Shown here: in pieces, positions 1 to 11,987 of the stretch
Position numbering within the stretch: the first letter of the stretch is position 1
Layout: every line of letters begins with the position of its first letter
Program-made: the position numbers and the translations under genes
The notes under the pieces: generated by a model
What the model was told of the DNA's origin: nothing
The model's database searches: none
The model's input: only the letters and a program-made list of their open reading frames with translations
DNA from: Macrostomum lignano
Taxonomy: Eukaryota
Direction: 5' to 3'
DNA length: 64,000 bases
Assembly: GCA_002269645.1 (NCBI GenBank)
Contig: NIVC01001845.1
Span: forward strand, 1 to 64,000

Positions 1-1993
1 CTTTGTCGGAATGTCAAGCGACAAAAGTTACGAATACGCTCGCTGCTATTCACTGGCAACTTCGGCACAAATTTTTGCTCTTGGTCGAACCGCGCACACA
101 GCATTCAAAGAGAAGATGCCTGGGTGGATTGCAAAGTGGACCACTCGAACCACTTCAGCCAGAAGCTTGACTTACGCGACTGCAGTCTGAGAGTGCAGCG
201 AAAGTCTGTTGAGTTCGCTCAACGGACGCGATCGCCTTTGAGATTGTCTGGATTCAAAGCTGCAGCCGAAGCAGAATCTGCAACCTGCTACCGATTCTAC
301 TGGATATCAAATGGCTTTACTACAGATAACGAGGCCCTGACGCTTACCGAATCGAATGGTGGTCGAGTACTGCTGCGGCTGCCAGCTCTTTTGGAGCCTG
401 ACCACTTGGAGCATGGCTGAAGTGCAGCTTGAGTCTGGATTCTCTGGCGGTTGGATCGATGTAAACATCATCCAGTCAGATGATGGCAGGAATAAATCAA
501 CTGGGGGCGCGCACTGGCTTGACGACTTGAGCGCTGAACCCACAGAGTGCAGTAATTCCGCTTATGAGAGCCGAATGCCGTTCATCTGCTCGTTTGAGTG
601 GTCAACCTGCGGCTGGGAGACGGTTAACTTGCCAGTTGTCACCGACTTTAACGTAGCCAGTGAATTCGGAATCAGCTCGTTCTTGGACCACACTTCAAGC
701 TCAGTGCCGGATCGGAGTGTGCCGCGTCTGCCTCAGCGGATGCTTCGATTGCGTCCCGGAAGCGAGGATGCCGTTTTTTTGTCCAATCGCCGTCTTGGGT
801 ATAGCAGCCAAAGGTGCTTCGAATTGTGGTTCTACGGAGTGGGCTCCAACGGGCTCAGCTTCCAAATGGAGGTTCAAATATCCGGAACCTATCCAGGACA
901 CTCGATGGTGGTGCTGACCACAACTGAACCTATCAATCAGTGGAATCGGATGAGTGGATCAGTTAGCTCGGAAGCGTGGTCCTCGTAGTCAGAGCTAATC
1001 GATGGGACAAAGTTCACACGGTGCTTTTGGATGACCTAAGTGTGACTGACGGCGACTGTTCCAATGGCGTCAACGGCACTCTTCAGTGTGGAAGTAGCGG
1101 TACGTTTTATAAAAATCTTTCGATAAGAAGGCATAGATCTTTAGCTCGTATTCGCATATATGAAATCGAAAGACAATCGGGAGAAATGAAGAGAGGGGTT
1201 TAGAGAAGCCTATTGGCAATGCGTCTGGCTCTCGCGCCAACGACGTACCCAGGTTCGATTCCGGATGCAGTCACATTAATGTGAGGCTCGTGCACGAAAA
1301 TGCACAAAGATTTTTGCGATTTTCGCCCATGATGGCTAACGCCCAAGGCACAAAGAGTGTCTGATGATTAGAAAGTCAGAGCTGCTGTACACATTGCGTG
1401 AGCGTGCGCCTGCTCACGTATCCATGTGCATGTGCGCGCTAAGGAGTCAGCGTCATGAAAGTTTGCTTCCAAATTTCGCCATGAATTGGTAAATTAAGTA
1501 ATTCAGTACGAGCTAAACAAGTTTTAACGAATTCAACACAACTCCAGAGTGGCGCTGTTCAAACGGCCGAGAGTGCATCCTATCGGCCAAAGTGTGCGAC
1601 GGTCAAACAGACTGCAGCGACTCAAGCGATGAAGCAAACTGCACGGAAGGTGGGTCCAGCGGACAGAGTGAATACTGGTCTTTCATCGTCCGTGTACTCA
1701 TCGGGCTGTTCGTCTTTGCGACGGCTTTCGTAGCGCTTTCGACCTGTCTGCGACAGAGATGGTCTTCGAGGTCTCGCGCGCGAGCCGTGAGCCATCATCG
1801 CTCTGCGCCGTCTGCCATGATGGTGTCGGACGGCCGACTGCCCCCAGATCTTTTCTCGGACAGGACGCGCCGCAGGCCGGACATGCCGCCTAGCTACGAC
1901 GAGGTATCCGCGGGAGCCTTCAACTCGGGCTTCGCTGCCGACGAGGAGCCGCCTAAGTACGAGGAGATCATTCAGATGACTGAGATGGAGTAG
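1..1993 (+). CDS. 5'-partial MAM x2 + LDLa + transmembrane + PPxY receptor-like protein; at least 2 frameshifts (possible pseudogene)
   Basis: MAM-like motifs FGTNFCSWSN/DHSN, CSFEWSTCGW/DHT and WLDDLS/LLDDLSVTDGDC. GT-AG intron 1100..1547 splices in frame to give CGSSEWRCSNGRECILSAKVCDGQTDCSDSSDEANC (LDLa). TM segment FIVRVLIGLFVFATAFVAL, then PPSY and PPKY, stop at 1993. Frame switches near 390 and near 975. Confidence 0.7.
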
Positions 1994-3261
1994 CCTATAT
2001 ATAGTAAAATTTGCGTCTTATCTCATTTTTAAAAACAATTCTTCGTGCCGATCCGTAAAAAAACTGTATTTACCCTGGAAAGCTGGAAACCGGTTCATTG
2101 CATTAGCTATTGTTATTTATGATTGATGTCAAACAGAATTTTAATTAACTAAGCTTGTGTGACGCGTTCGACAAGGCTCTGAATTTTAAATTTTTAAAAA
2201 CTTTATCTCTAAATCTTTCCTTAGTAGTATTTTGCTTCACTGTTGCTTGAAATCCCATACTGTTTTGCTGCTATTTTCAACCAAAATATCCTTTTAGACT
2301 GTATTTATACAGTTATATCGCAAATGCTGTTCGCCATTGATTTCATGTTGCCGCGAATACAATATGCTGGTCCGACATGCTCTCAATAAATCCTTCACTA
2401 GGGGATATACTTTGCATTTGGGAGAAAAGTGCTTTGAGATTTTAATCGATTGTATTTGAATTCGTTAAGCTGATGAGGCGTACATTATTTTATTAATAGA
2501 CACGAATGCTTCATCAATCTAAACCTTTTAAGCCTGCTTTCTATTTCGAGTGAGTCGATTTTGTAAGATAAACATTGTTTTACTACTTCAGAAATGCAGA
2601 ATCGATTCGAATGCTATTAGATTTCTCTCTTAGAGAACAGAAAAAGCTGATGGATTGCACTCTTCAAATCGTTTTATACGTTTTATTATGCTTGGATTTG
2701 AGAGTGTAAAACTGTAGCGGTTTATAACAATTTGTCTGGTAAATTGTTCAGGGAAAGTCACGGACCTTTTTGTTTGGGAAGCCTCAGTTGTGGTCGGACT
2801 GAGCTTGGAATATGGGCTGACTAGTCGCAGTCTCATAAAGGCACAGCTTTATCCATATTTTCTTCCAAATCTTCGGACTAGCTATTAAATTTAATGACAC
2901 CGCAGCCCTCGAGGCTAATAATTTTAATCTCCATATTCGAAGTAATGACCGTTTTTTGTGAAAGCCGAAGCAATCATTTTAAATTACTTAATTCTTGGTA
3001 GTTTTTCAGTGAGAACCCCAAAAGAACCACATAATTATAGGCAGCTAATGTCAATGAAGTTATTATCTTCTTCAAATCCACAAAGGCAGCACACATTAAC
3101 TGGAGACCAGTAGACGAAACCGCGCCCTCCCTTATCCTCAAGCAGCTGAGCACTTCTCGAACAGCTCTGGCTTTTTAGCAGCATGTGTTCGATGCTAATG
3201 TCTTTCTCTGTCCTTATTGAAATCCATATGGAACCAATAATCAAGCCTTCAGAACTCCTTT

Positions 3262-5375
3262 ATCCGTTTATGTGAGACATTACAGTTTTTTTGCAGTCCA
3301 TTTGGGCATTGAATTTAATCGAAAGCATGCCTTGAATTAAATTTAAAGTATGCATTGAATTTAATCCAATATACGAGCTATTTTTGCCAAAGTAATGAGC
3401 TTTTGTATATCGTGGCAAGGCTGGTATAGCAGCATTTAATTTGGTTCATTATGAAACTCTATCATGAGTTACAGCTGTGCAATTGTTGCCGAAAAAAAGC
3501 CGACCACATGTGTATCGTTCCCTTTTGTCTATAGTTGGGACAGCGCAATCTGTATTAAGTATTACTCCCTTTGTCTATGGTTCAATGCAAGAATTCCCGG
3601 CAGCAATTATATTTGCTTAAAACGAAAAGCAAAAACCGTTCATGGAATCGTCAATTGAACCGTTAATTGATTGAATTGTCTATGGCCCTAACAGGCATAC
3701 TCGTTAATTATCGGCCATTAATTAGAGGTCATTATCGTGAAGTGACATTTCGATCAATAGCCGGTAAAAAATAATATTGTTCCCTTTTGTCTATGGTTTC
3801 CGGCATTCATACTTGCGGTAACAATTTAATTGTTTGTCGGCTTTTTTCGATTGTTGCCGGATTTCAGACGAATGTATTTGGCTATCAAAACAAGGAACAA
3901 CAATAGCTTCGTATTTGTCTACCTTCTCGACGTGTCCTTCCATGTACATTTTCACCATGGCGACAAGAACGCCATTGCAACGCTTGAAGGCTTCTCCGGT
4001 AATGATGTTCACCTGGCGATTAACGGACGGGGATTGCAGGTGGCGTTGAATAGCCGCACGAAAACAGATGAGAGACTTTGGCGCATAGTAAGTTCCATCC
4101 TGCTTTCGAAGGGATGAATAGAAAAGCCTCAGATAATCGTTCAAAAATCGATCCGGAACACGCTCAAACTCCTGGCAGAGCCCCTTCTCGTTGAGGAACT
4201 GTCGGAACCTTGCCACGTGAAGCTTCCGTTGCGTCTCGGTCGATTTCGGCACTGAGTCACTCTCAAGTCGGTCCAACATTTCCAGATCTTCGCTACCTAG
4301 CTCAGGCAGCCCGTTGGAACTGGACGACGCATCCAGGTTGTCCATCTCCAGAACGTAGCGCGTGCTCGACTCTCGGGTGACAAAAGCCAACTCGTCCGTG
4401 GAGAGTCCACATATTTCTCCGCCAGGAATGTTTGCGTAGCGAATCATAGCTAGTTTTCCTATTTGCACTCCGAATAGGAGAATTAATTCAAGCTCAAAAT
4501 CAACTTGAGAATTAACTCATGGCAGCCAGGCTAGCTGTCTTCACTGTCCTTTAAATTTGCCATAAACGATTAATTATCTCTACAACCCTTTAATTTAGAG
4601 AGCAACTAAATTTGCCATAGACGATTGATTATCTCTACAACCCTTTCAAAGCGCATTCCGGCAACAATCGCATTTCATACTCAGCATCCGCACTATACAT
4701 GTCTGGGCCATAGACAGGGGAAGTCAAAAGGGTACAATAATGACATGTACCGATTTTTTTCGGCAGCAATTGCTCTACTAAGCTTCAGCCGCTACGCGGC
4801 TTCAGCTTACGCAATTGCTGCCGAAAAAAATCGGTATATATCATTACATTGCTGCCGGGAAATTCTTGCATAGACAAAAACCGTAGACAAAAGGGAACTT
4901 ATTTAAGCAAATTTCAATGTACCAATAACAGGTGACACAAAAATGCAATTTTCTCGAATATAAAAAACAAAAAAGGCATCTTTGCACGGTAAAAACTCCA
5001 CGCCGATCACAAGTCTCGACAGTTCATTCGTTTGACGTTCGTTCGTCAGAAAGGTCCACGATTTTGGTGGCTGATCTATCTTCCTTCTCCGCGGCAGTTG
5101 CAAATAAAGTTATGCTTTCGTCCTCACTGTTTGTGACAGTCGTGCCTAAATTAGAATCTAAGGATAAAGCCGCTAAAAAACCAAATTGATGCTTGTTGGA
5201 TCAAATTAAATGCCGCTGTGCCAGCCTTGCTACGATAGACAAAAGCAATTACTTTGGCAAACATATATTAGATGAACTTCAATGCATGTAAGCCCAATGG
5301 GCTTAAAATGCAACAAAAGACTGTTATATACGAGCGTACGTGCATTAGAGGTTTCACAAACTCACTTAAACCGAT
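3262..5375 (-). mobile_element. Crypton-like (DUF3504/tyrosine recombinase family) internally deleted element with long imperfect inverted arms
   Basis: Core inverted match 3350..3443 vs 5202..5287 (e.g. TTGCCAAAGTAAT 3384 / ATTACTTTGGCAA 5248; GCAAGGCTGG 3415 / CCAGCCTTGC 5221), with weaker extension to 3262/5375. Inner inverted motifs GTTCCCTTTTGTCTA (3517, 3779) / TAGACAAAAGGGAAC (4884). Encloses the DUF3504-like ORF. Confidence 0.6.
3791..4468 (-). pseudogene. Truncated Crypton-type (KCTD1/ZMYM/QRICH1-like DUF3504) N-terminal domain; catalytic tyrosine recombinase domain absent
   Basis: VPKST...RFRQFL...FE...LNDYLRLFYSSLRKQDGTYYAPKSL...AAIQRHL...NIITGEAFKRCNGVLVAMVK...KYEAI matches the pattern of CryptonA-derived proteins (recognised by eye). 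Similarity stops at ~3895, where the ORF runs into the left arm. Confidence 0.7.
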
Positions 5376-5479
5376 TTTCGATTTTTACTCGATCAATGAT
5401 GATAGACTTCACACCATGTTCAGTTATAGATGCACAGGAATCTTCAGAATCGACTAGCTCACTTACATGTATGCCTGGA

Positions 5480-5650
5480 TTAGTCCTGACGGATGACCTT
5501 GCATTTGCACTTGGACACAATTCTCCTTCCACGTCCGGAACACATTCATCGCCCACTTTTCCTTTGCTCGTGTAGACTCAGGTAAGCTCTCTAACTTCTG
5601 AGCTCCAAAGCGGTCTAATCAAGCAACTCACCGAAACGAGAGCTAGGATT
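5480..5650 (-). pseudogene. Second degenerate Crypton/DUF3504 N-terminal fragment
   Basis: Hand translation: SSRFGELL[frameshift]LDRFGAQKLESLPESTRAKEKWAMNVFRTWKEN, resembling the P-x-S/N-T...KWA..F..W motif of this family. Confidence 0.4.
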
Positions 5651-6679
5651 TGTCGGCAGTGTTTTAGCAATTCCGAGGGGCGGGGGAACTACATTTCCAG
5701 CAGGGGCTGGATCGAATAAATTAAAAGAATGTCGATATCAAATTCTTCTTCAATAGAAATTCAAAGTCCCCTTCAAGCTTTTAATATTTGTACTTCTTAC
5801 ATACGCACCAAAAAGCAGAATTTCATATTAACAACTGTCTTAATTTCATGGAAAATTTGTCAATGGTTCAAATGTGGGGGCTTCGCTCCACTCCCGAAGA
5901 CTGCACCGCATTCCTTTGCTCCATTTGGTCACCTCTCTGGATGAAAGAATTCACCAACCCGAACTCCGAAGAAATTGACGTGCAAACCGTAATGTCAGAA
6001 CCCGTCTGGATTGTCCTCGTGCGCTTTATTGGGTGTCGACGAGCCACGAGACCTAACAACACTGACACATCCTTCATCGACAGTCCACGGTGCAAGGCAG
6101 CGACGATATGCTGACGATGGCGTACAGAAATTAGCGGCGCCACTATAGCTGAGCTCCATCAACCGAAAAAAATTAAAGTATCTTGTTTTTGTCTTTGTGA
6201 AAAACTCAAAACGTTCCTTCTATTCTGGTAAAGCATAAAGCATGACAAAATCGACTTGTCTTTGACTTGCTTTCTCGAGTTAAACTCTTTCGAGCCGTTC
6301 CGTTTTGCATACCCACTGTTCCACATAGCATGACAAAAGCTTTAGTAAAAGTACCTAGGGACATTGCTGTATAGAATAGCCCACAACATGAGATTGGAAA
6401 ATACGGGAAAAGACTCGAAATGGCATGCGCGCTAAGCACGTGCTCTGTAAGTTGTTTTGCCACAGCATTCTCTCGCACCGATTCAATATCGGCAGCGGTT
6501 CTCAACGCAACGCCGGCGTGAGAAGATGGAGAATAGAATTCTATTAACTTTTCGGGAGCAAAAAGATAAACAACAAGCCAAAGGAGTCGCGCATGATAAT
6601 TTTGTGGGTTTCAATCCTACGAATATCGACGCAAAAACTCGGCTCCCTGATTGGATTTCCGATCATCTGTCCTTGGTTA

Positions 6680-9600
6680 AATCAGCCCAGCATGCAGGCC
6701 GCTCCGTTAATCCTGCAACGCTTGGCTGGCCGTTCAAAACTCCCGACGTTTTGTTCAGCTCGCAGCGCCTCCAGAAGCCGCGTCACAGGTCCTGCCGCGC
6801 CTGCCCGATCACCACCAGCATTGGCGGCGGCATCAAGGGCGTCATAATTGGTTAATGACGGCTCTTCGAGTTCAATGCGGCCTACTGGCTCCTCTGGGTC
6901 CAAAGCTTCTGAAAATTTCAAATTAATCACCCGATAAAATTCACAAATTAACCAACCCTGAGCACCAAGGGGCGCGAGCACCAAGGGCCAAATATCGGCC
7001 AAAAATCGATGTATTGTACAAAAGTACCCATTTCACCAGCGACGTTAGAACATCGGCCAAGCTACCTACATTGGATTGCTGTAAGGCTAAAGAGGTGAGT
7101 TTCAAAATTTTGGGAAACTATTAGTGCGGATAGATCTGATAGATCCACTTCACATCCTCAAATCTTCACGTTCGAGCACTTGTTGCAACATGTCCGGCAA
7201 CAGTCCCGAACCATGTATCAGTTTTTGTTTAATTGTAGACTCTCTGAGTTTAGTGCAACTCCGCACATTGGATTGCATGCACTCAGAGACGAGAAGAATT
7301 CGTCTCTGAAGATAACTCCGGTGTCTAATGTACCTGGCAGTGCACGGACGGGGTATTGAAAAAAACTTGTTTTTGTAAGTCTTCCCAGCCAGAGAAAGCA
7401 AGATTGTGAGCTAATTTATATATTATTTTCATTACTGAGCTGACAGATTCCGCATCAGACTGGATCAGATTCGGTTTTTCCTCCTTACTTCGGGCATAAA
7501 ATTCAATTTGGGGGGGGGTTAATCCCGGGTTTATTGATCCCAATCTGCAGCCATTTTAATCCTAAGATCCGCTCGGATCAGCGCTATGCTACCATACGAG
7601 CGTACACTCTGCAAGTTGGAACGAAATTTATTAATTCAAATAATCTGCTTTCTTCATCAGATATTCTGATTAAATGCCTGTAGGTCAGAAGACATCTTGC
7701 TATTCAAATCAGAGTCAGCCATCGTTACCTTCATCCTAACTTATGCAGAGGCAATAGAGGCAAAATATGCATGGAAGGGTACCCTGTTATTGCGAGCATG
7801 TCCTGCCGCTCCTCTCTGTAGCTAATCCGTGCTCTATTTCACTGAGCCTGTCCGGACTTCAAAGCCAAGCCAACTTTTAATCTCTCTAATGGTGAAGGAG
7901 AATCATAGGATTTGGGCAACTTCTGCGACCGGGAATAATGATACTTCCCTGTGAAGGGTGTGTCCCGGTTGAACAGCAACTGAGGTCATTCGATGACGCA
8001 GGTTCAATGATGAATTCAATTACATTTTTCGAGTTCTCTTCTCTAAATTAATTTGGCTTGTCATAAGGAGTCTCACTATTTTGGTCACCCAGCATCAATC
8101 AGTATGGCCCTTCATCATATAAAAAAGTCAAATTTATCTAGAAGCCCCGCTTATAATAGGAAATTTTCCCCAGGTAAAAATATGAAACTATTAGGAATGC
8201 AACAGGAAGCGGGAATAGCGTGGGTGTTGATTTGGGACAGAAATTCAAAATGTACATATAAAAAATCAAGAATAGATGCTTTCTGAAGCCGACGGCAGTC
8301 AATCATCGTAGTAACGGAACGATGAAGACGGAACAATGGTTAGTTGCGAAGCCTCATATCGACACTCCCGAAAAAGCAGCCACTTTGGGGAGGGAGGATT
8401 GCTGAAGCTAAAAAAGTGGTACGCTTGTACTGACGGTGCTTTCATAATACAACATTTACCCGTCGACCAAGCCGTTATACTGCACTGAATGACGTAATTC
8501 TTAAGCAGAGCTAGCAACTTAACCTTGGCAGATTTTCCAAGATTTCGTGTAAAAAAATACTTACGCTCGAACGATGACTGACAGTTGGTGACAGTTTTAA
8601 TATGCACTTACAAAGTAAGGTTGATACTGAGATGGTGACAGTTTCTGTTATCATTAATAGCAACAGTACAGAACGGAAGCATTCCGGATGAGACTCCTGT
8701 GCCATCTCCGTCTAAGCGCCCAGGCATCGTTCGTTCACTCTTGCACCAACTGCCCAACGCTGGCACGCTCGCGCTGCTGTCACTATGTACACGCTCAAGT
8801 ATACAGCTACAGCCTAGTGGTCCGGGAGATGCTTACCTCCGCTCAGAGTCACCGGCAGGCAGAGCGTCAGCAGCAGCAAGCCGCAGACTGTTTGTCCAGT
8901 TTGGCAGTTCATCAGGGCAGCCTTAAGCAGCAAGCGAATTTACCGGATGAAATACGGAAACAATGAATTCGAAAGTATAGCCTCTGGACGGAAGTTCCAG
9001 CCTGTTTGCGTGGGATTTAACCAAGGCTCAGTTGATCACAGAATTGAGTTTTTATTTTCCACAGACGCTGCCACACAGAGGCTTCCCTGTCATCTGACGG
9101 CTCCCTTTCTCGCTTTCAGCCAATAATCTTTCTCTCCATTCGTCTCTCACCAGGTTCTACCTGAACTGGGATTGGCCATTGCTTGACTCCCTAATTTGAT
9201 TCGGCTCAACATTAATTCATAGCTTCAAGATTAGTACTGAGCAGTGATTCTGCAACTTTTTATGCATACGCTTCCTAGGTCGAAGCATGCCTCCAACGCA
9301 ACCCTCCTTAATTACTGTTCTTCGAATTAAGATAGCATTGCATGCATATTCCATCAGATCATAACAGTAGCTCAAAAGCTGATCGACCCTTCTCAAGCCT
9401 ATTCATATCATGCAAGTGATGAATGACCCGAATTCCTGACAGGAGCTTCACTACCATAAGTATCAGAGTTCGCTTTTGAAATTATTTCAATACTTATGCA
9501 GCTTCAATCCGTTAGAAAGCACCCTCTACACTATAAGATATGTCGAACTTTTCATGGCATACGATGCTCGCTGTTTCCAAAGAACCACAAAATAAATCGT

Positions 9601-10200
9601 TTTTTGAGCATTTTCGGGATGCGATGCGTGAAAAGTTTGCTTTAAAATATATCAGCTGCATAGAATCAGGAATCGTGAAATCGAAATTTCGAATCAATAC
9701 GACTATCTAAGGTATCTTTGATCTCAGCCTGTTTTCGTCCTATAGATCCTAGAGAAGAGGCCTTGATTGAGCTCCTGAAGAAATAATTAGATCACATTGT
9801 GGTCAAATCAAAGCCAAAGCATGAAGCTACGACATCCAGAAAAAGATAAAAAAGTTGCTGTTTACTGGGCCTGCATTGACTAGCCTATGCCAGCATTTTG
9901 ATTGATCTTCGCATGGTTAATATCAGAATAGTTTGAGCTCCATAGTTGCAGCGGCACGGAGGGAACGAGGGTGAGAGAGCTGGAGGACGAGTCGACCTGG
10001 TGTGCTAATCACAGAAGCGTGAAGACGGCCAGAGATCTGATTTCATGCCGAGACTGGCAGAGAAAAATCTATGCATAGCGCCTGCATCAGGGACCCGTAG
10101 CCTGCTGATATCCAATGTAGACAGGGATTCAGTGGCTACGCATCATCAACGCCAGCTGGAATAGAAGATCGTGAAAATCTGATTGTCTAGCTATCTACCA
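6680..10200 (-). pseudogene. Possible heavily decayed LRR-containing receptor (LGR-type GPCR-like) relic
   Basis: Scattered LRR-like fragments in shifting frames (SLSTLDIS, LRRVD, NQIRE, LENLPRLS, QLTIVPSSSF), a hinge-like CPNP-D-PSP and hydrophobic pieces downstream. Many stops. Pattern recognition only. Confidence 0.25.
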
Positions 10201-10307
10201 TAGTCCTTAGTTAGTCATCAGGCGCGTACTTGATAATTTGGTGTGACACAAAAATATAGGAGCATCACCTATCAGATAGACAGTTGCGATTTCGATGTAT
10301 GTCACCC

Positions 10308-11987
10308 TCTTCAATACGCCACTGTCTTCAATACGCCACTGTCTTCAGAAAGCCACTGTCTTCAGAAAGCCGCTGTCTTCAATACGCCACTGTCTTCAGA
10401 AAGCCGCTGTCTTCAATACGCCACTGTCTTCAGTAAGCCACTGTCTTCAGAAAGCCGCTGTCTTCAATACGCCACTGTCTTCAGAAAGCCGCTGTCTTCA
10501 ATACGCCACTGTCTTCAGAAAGCCACTGTCTTCAATACGCCACTGTCTTCAGTAAGCCACTGTCTTCAAAAAGCCACTGTCTTCAATGCGCCACTGTCTT
10601 CAGTAAGCCACTGTCTTCAGTAAGCCACTGTCTTCAGTAAGCCACTGTCTTCAGTAAGCCGCTGTCTTCAATACGCCACTGTCTTCAGTAAGCCACTGTC
10701 TTCAGAAAGCCGCTGTCTTCAGTACGCCACTGTCTTCAGAAAGCCGCTGTCTTCAGTACGCCACTGTCTTCAATACGCCACTGTCTTCAATACGCCACTG
10801 TCTTCAGTACGCCACTGTCTTCAGAAAGCCGCTGTCTTCAATACGCCACTGTCTTCAGTAAGCCACTGTCTTCAGAAAGCCGCTGTCTTCAGTACGCCAC
10901 TGTCTTCAGAAAGCCGCTGTCTTCAATGCGCCACTGTCTTCAGTAAGCCACTGTCTTCAGAAAGCCGCTGTCTTCAGTAAGCCACTGTCTTCAGAAAGCC
11001 GCTGTCTTCAATGCGCCACTGTCTTCAGTAAGCCACTGTCTTCAGAAAGCCGCTGTCTTCAATGCGCCACTGTCTTCAGTAAGCCACTGTCTTCAAAAAG
11101 CCGCTGTCTTCAATGCGCCACTGTCTTCAGAAAGCCGCTGTCTTCAATACGCCACTGTCTTCAGTAAGCCACACTGTCTTCAAAAAGCCACTGTCTTCAG
11201 TAAGCCACTGTCTTCAGTAAGCCACTGTCTTCAGTAAGCCACTGTCTTCAGAAAGCCACTGTCTTCAATACGCCACACTGTCTTCAGAAAGCCACTGTCT
11301 TCAGAAAGCCACTGTCTTCAGAAAGCCACTGTCTTCAGTAAGCCACTGTCTTCAGAAAGCCACTGTCTTCAATACGCCACACTGTCTTCAGAAAGCCACT
11401 GTCTTCAGAAAGCCACTGTCTTCAGTAAGCCACTGTCTTCAGTAAGCCACTGTCTTCAGAAAGCCACTGTCTTCAATACGCCACACTGTCTTCAGAAAGC
11501 CACTGTCTTCAATACGCCACACTGTCTTCAGAAAGCCACTGTCTTCAGAAAGCCACTGTCTTCAATACGCCACACTGTCTTCAGAAAGCCACTGTCTTCA
11601 GTAAGCCACTGTCTTCAATACGCCACACTGTCTTCAGAAAGCCACTGTCTTCAGTAAGCCACTGTCTTCAATACGCCACACTGTCTTCAGTAAGCCACTG
11701 TCTTCAATACGCCACACTGTCTTCAGAAAGCCACTGTCTTCAGTAAGCCACTGTCTTCAATACGCCACACTGTCTTCAGAAAGCCACTGTCTTCAGAAAG
11801 CCACTGTCTTCAGTAAGCCACTGTCTTCAGAAAGCCACTGTCTTCAGAAAGCCACTGTCTTCAGTAAGCCACTGTCTTCAGTAAGCCACTGTCTTCAGTA
11901 AGCCACTGTCTTCAGTAAGCCACTGTCTTCAGTAAGCCACTGTCTTCAATACGCCACTGCCTTCAGTACGCAACCGCCTTCAGTACG
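10308..11987. repeat. 17-bp minisatellite GCC(A/G)CTGTCTTC + variable 5-mer (AATAC, AGAAA, AGTAA, AGTAC, AATGC)
   Basis: About 1.7 kb of directly visible tandem units. A 19-bp GCCACACT variant appears only after ~11165. Confidence 0.97.

Noticed and set aside
5868-6143. HTH-like ORF (IVAALHRGLSMKDVSVLLG) as a Tc1 transposase N-terminus
   Set aside because: No DDE region or TIRs nearby; similarity too short.
10308-11987. Constant core plus variable segment resembling a CRISPR array
   Set aside because: Variable part is only 5 nt and reused, context is eukaryotic, and there are no cas genes.
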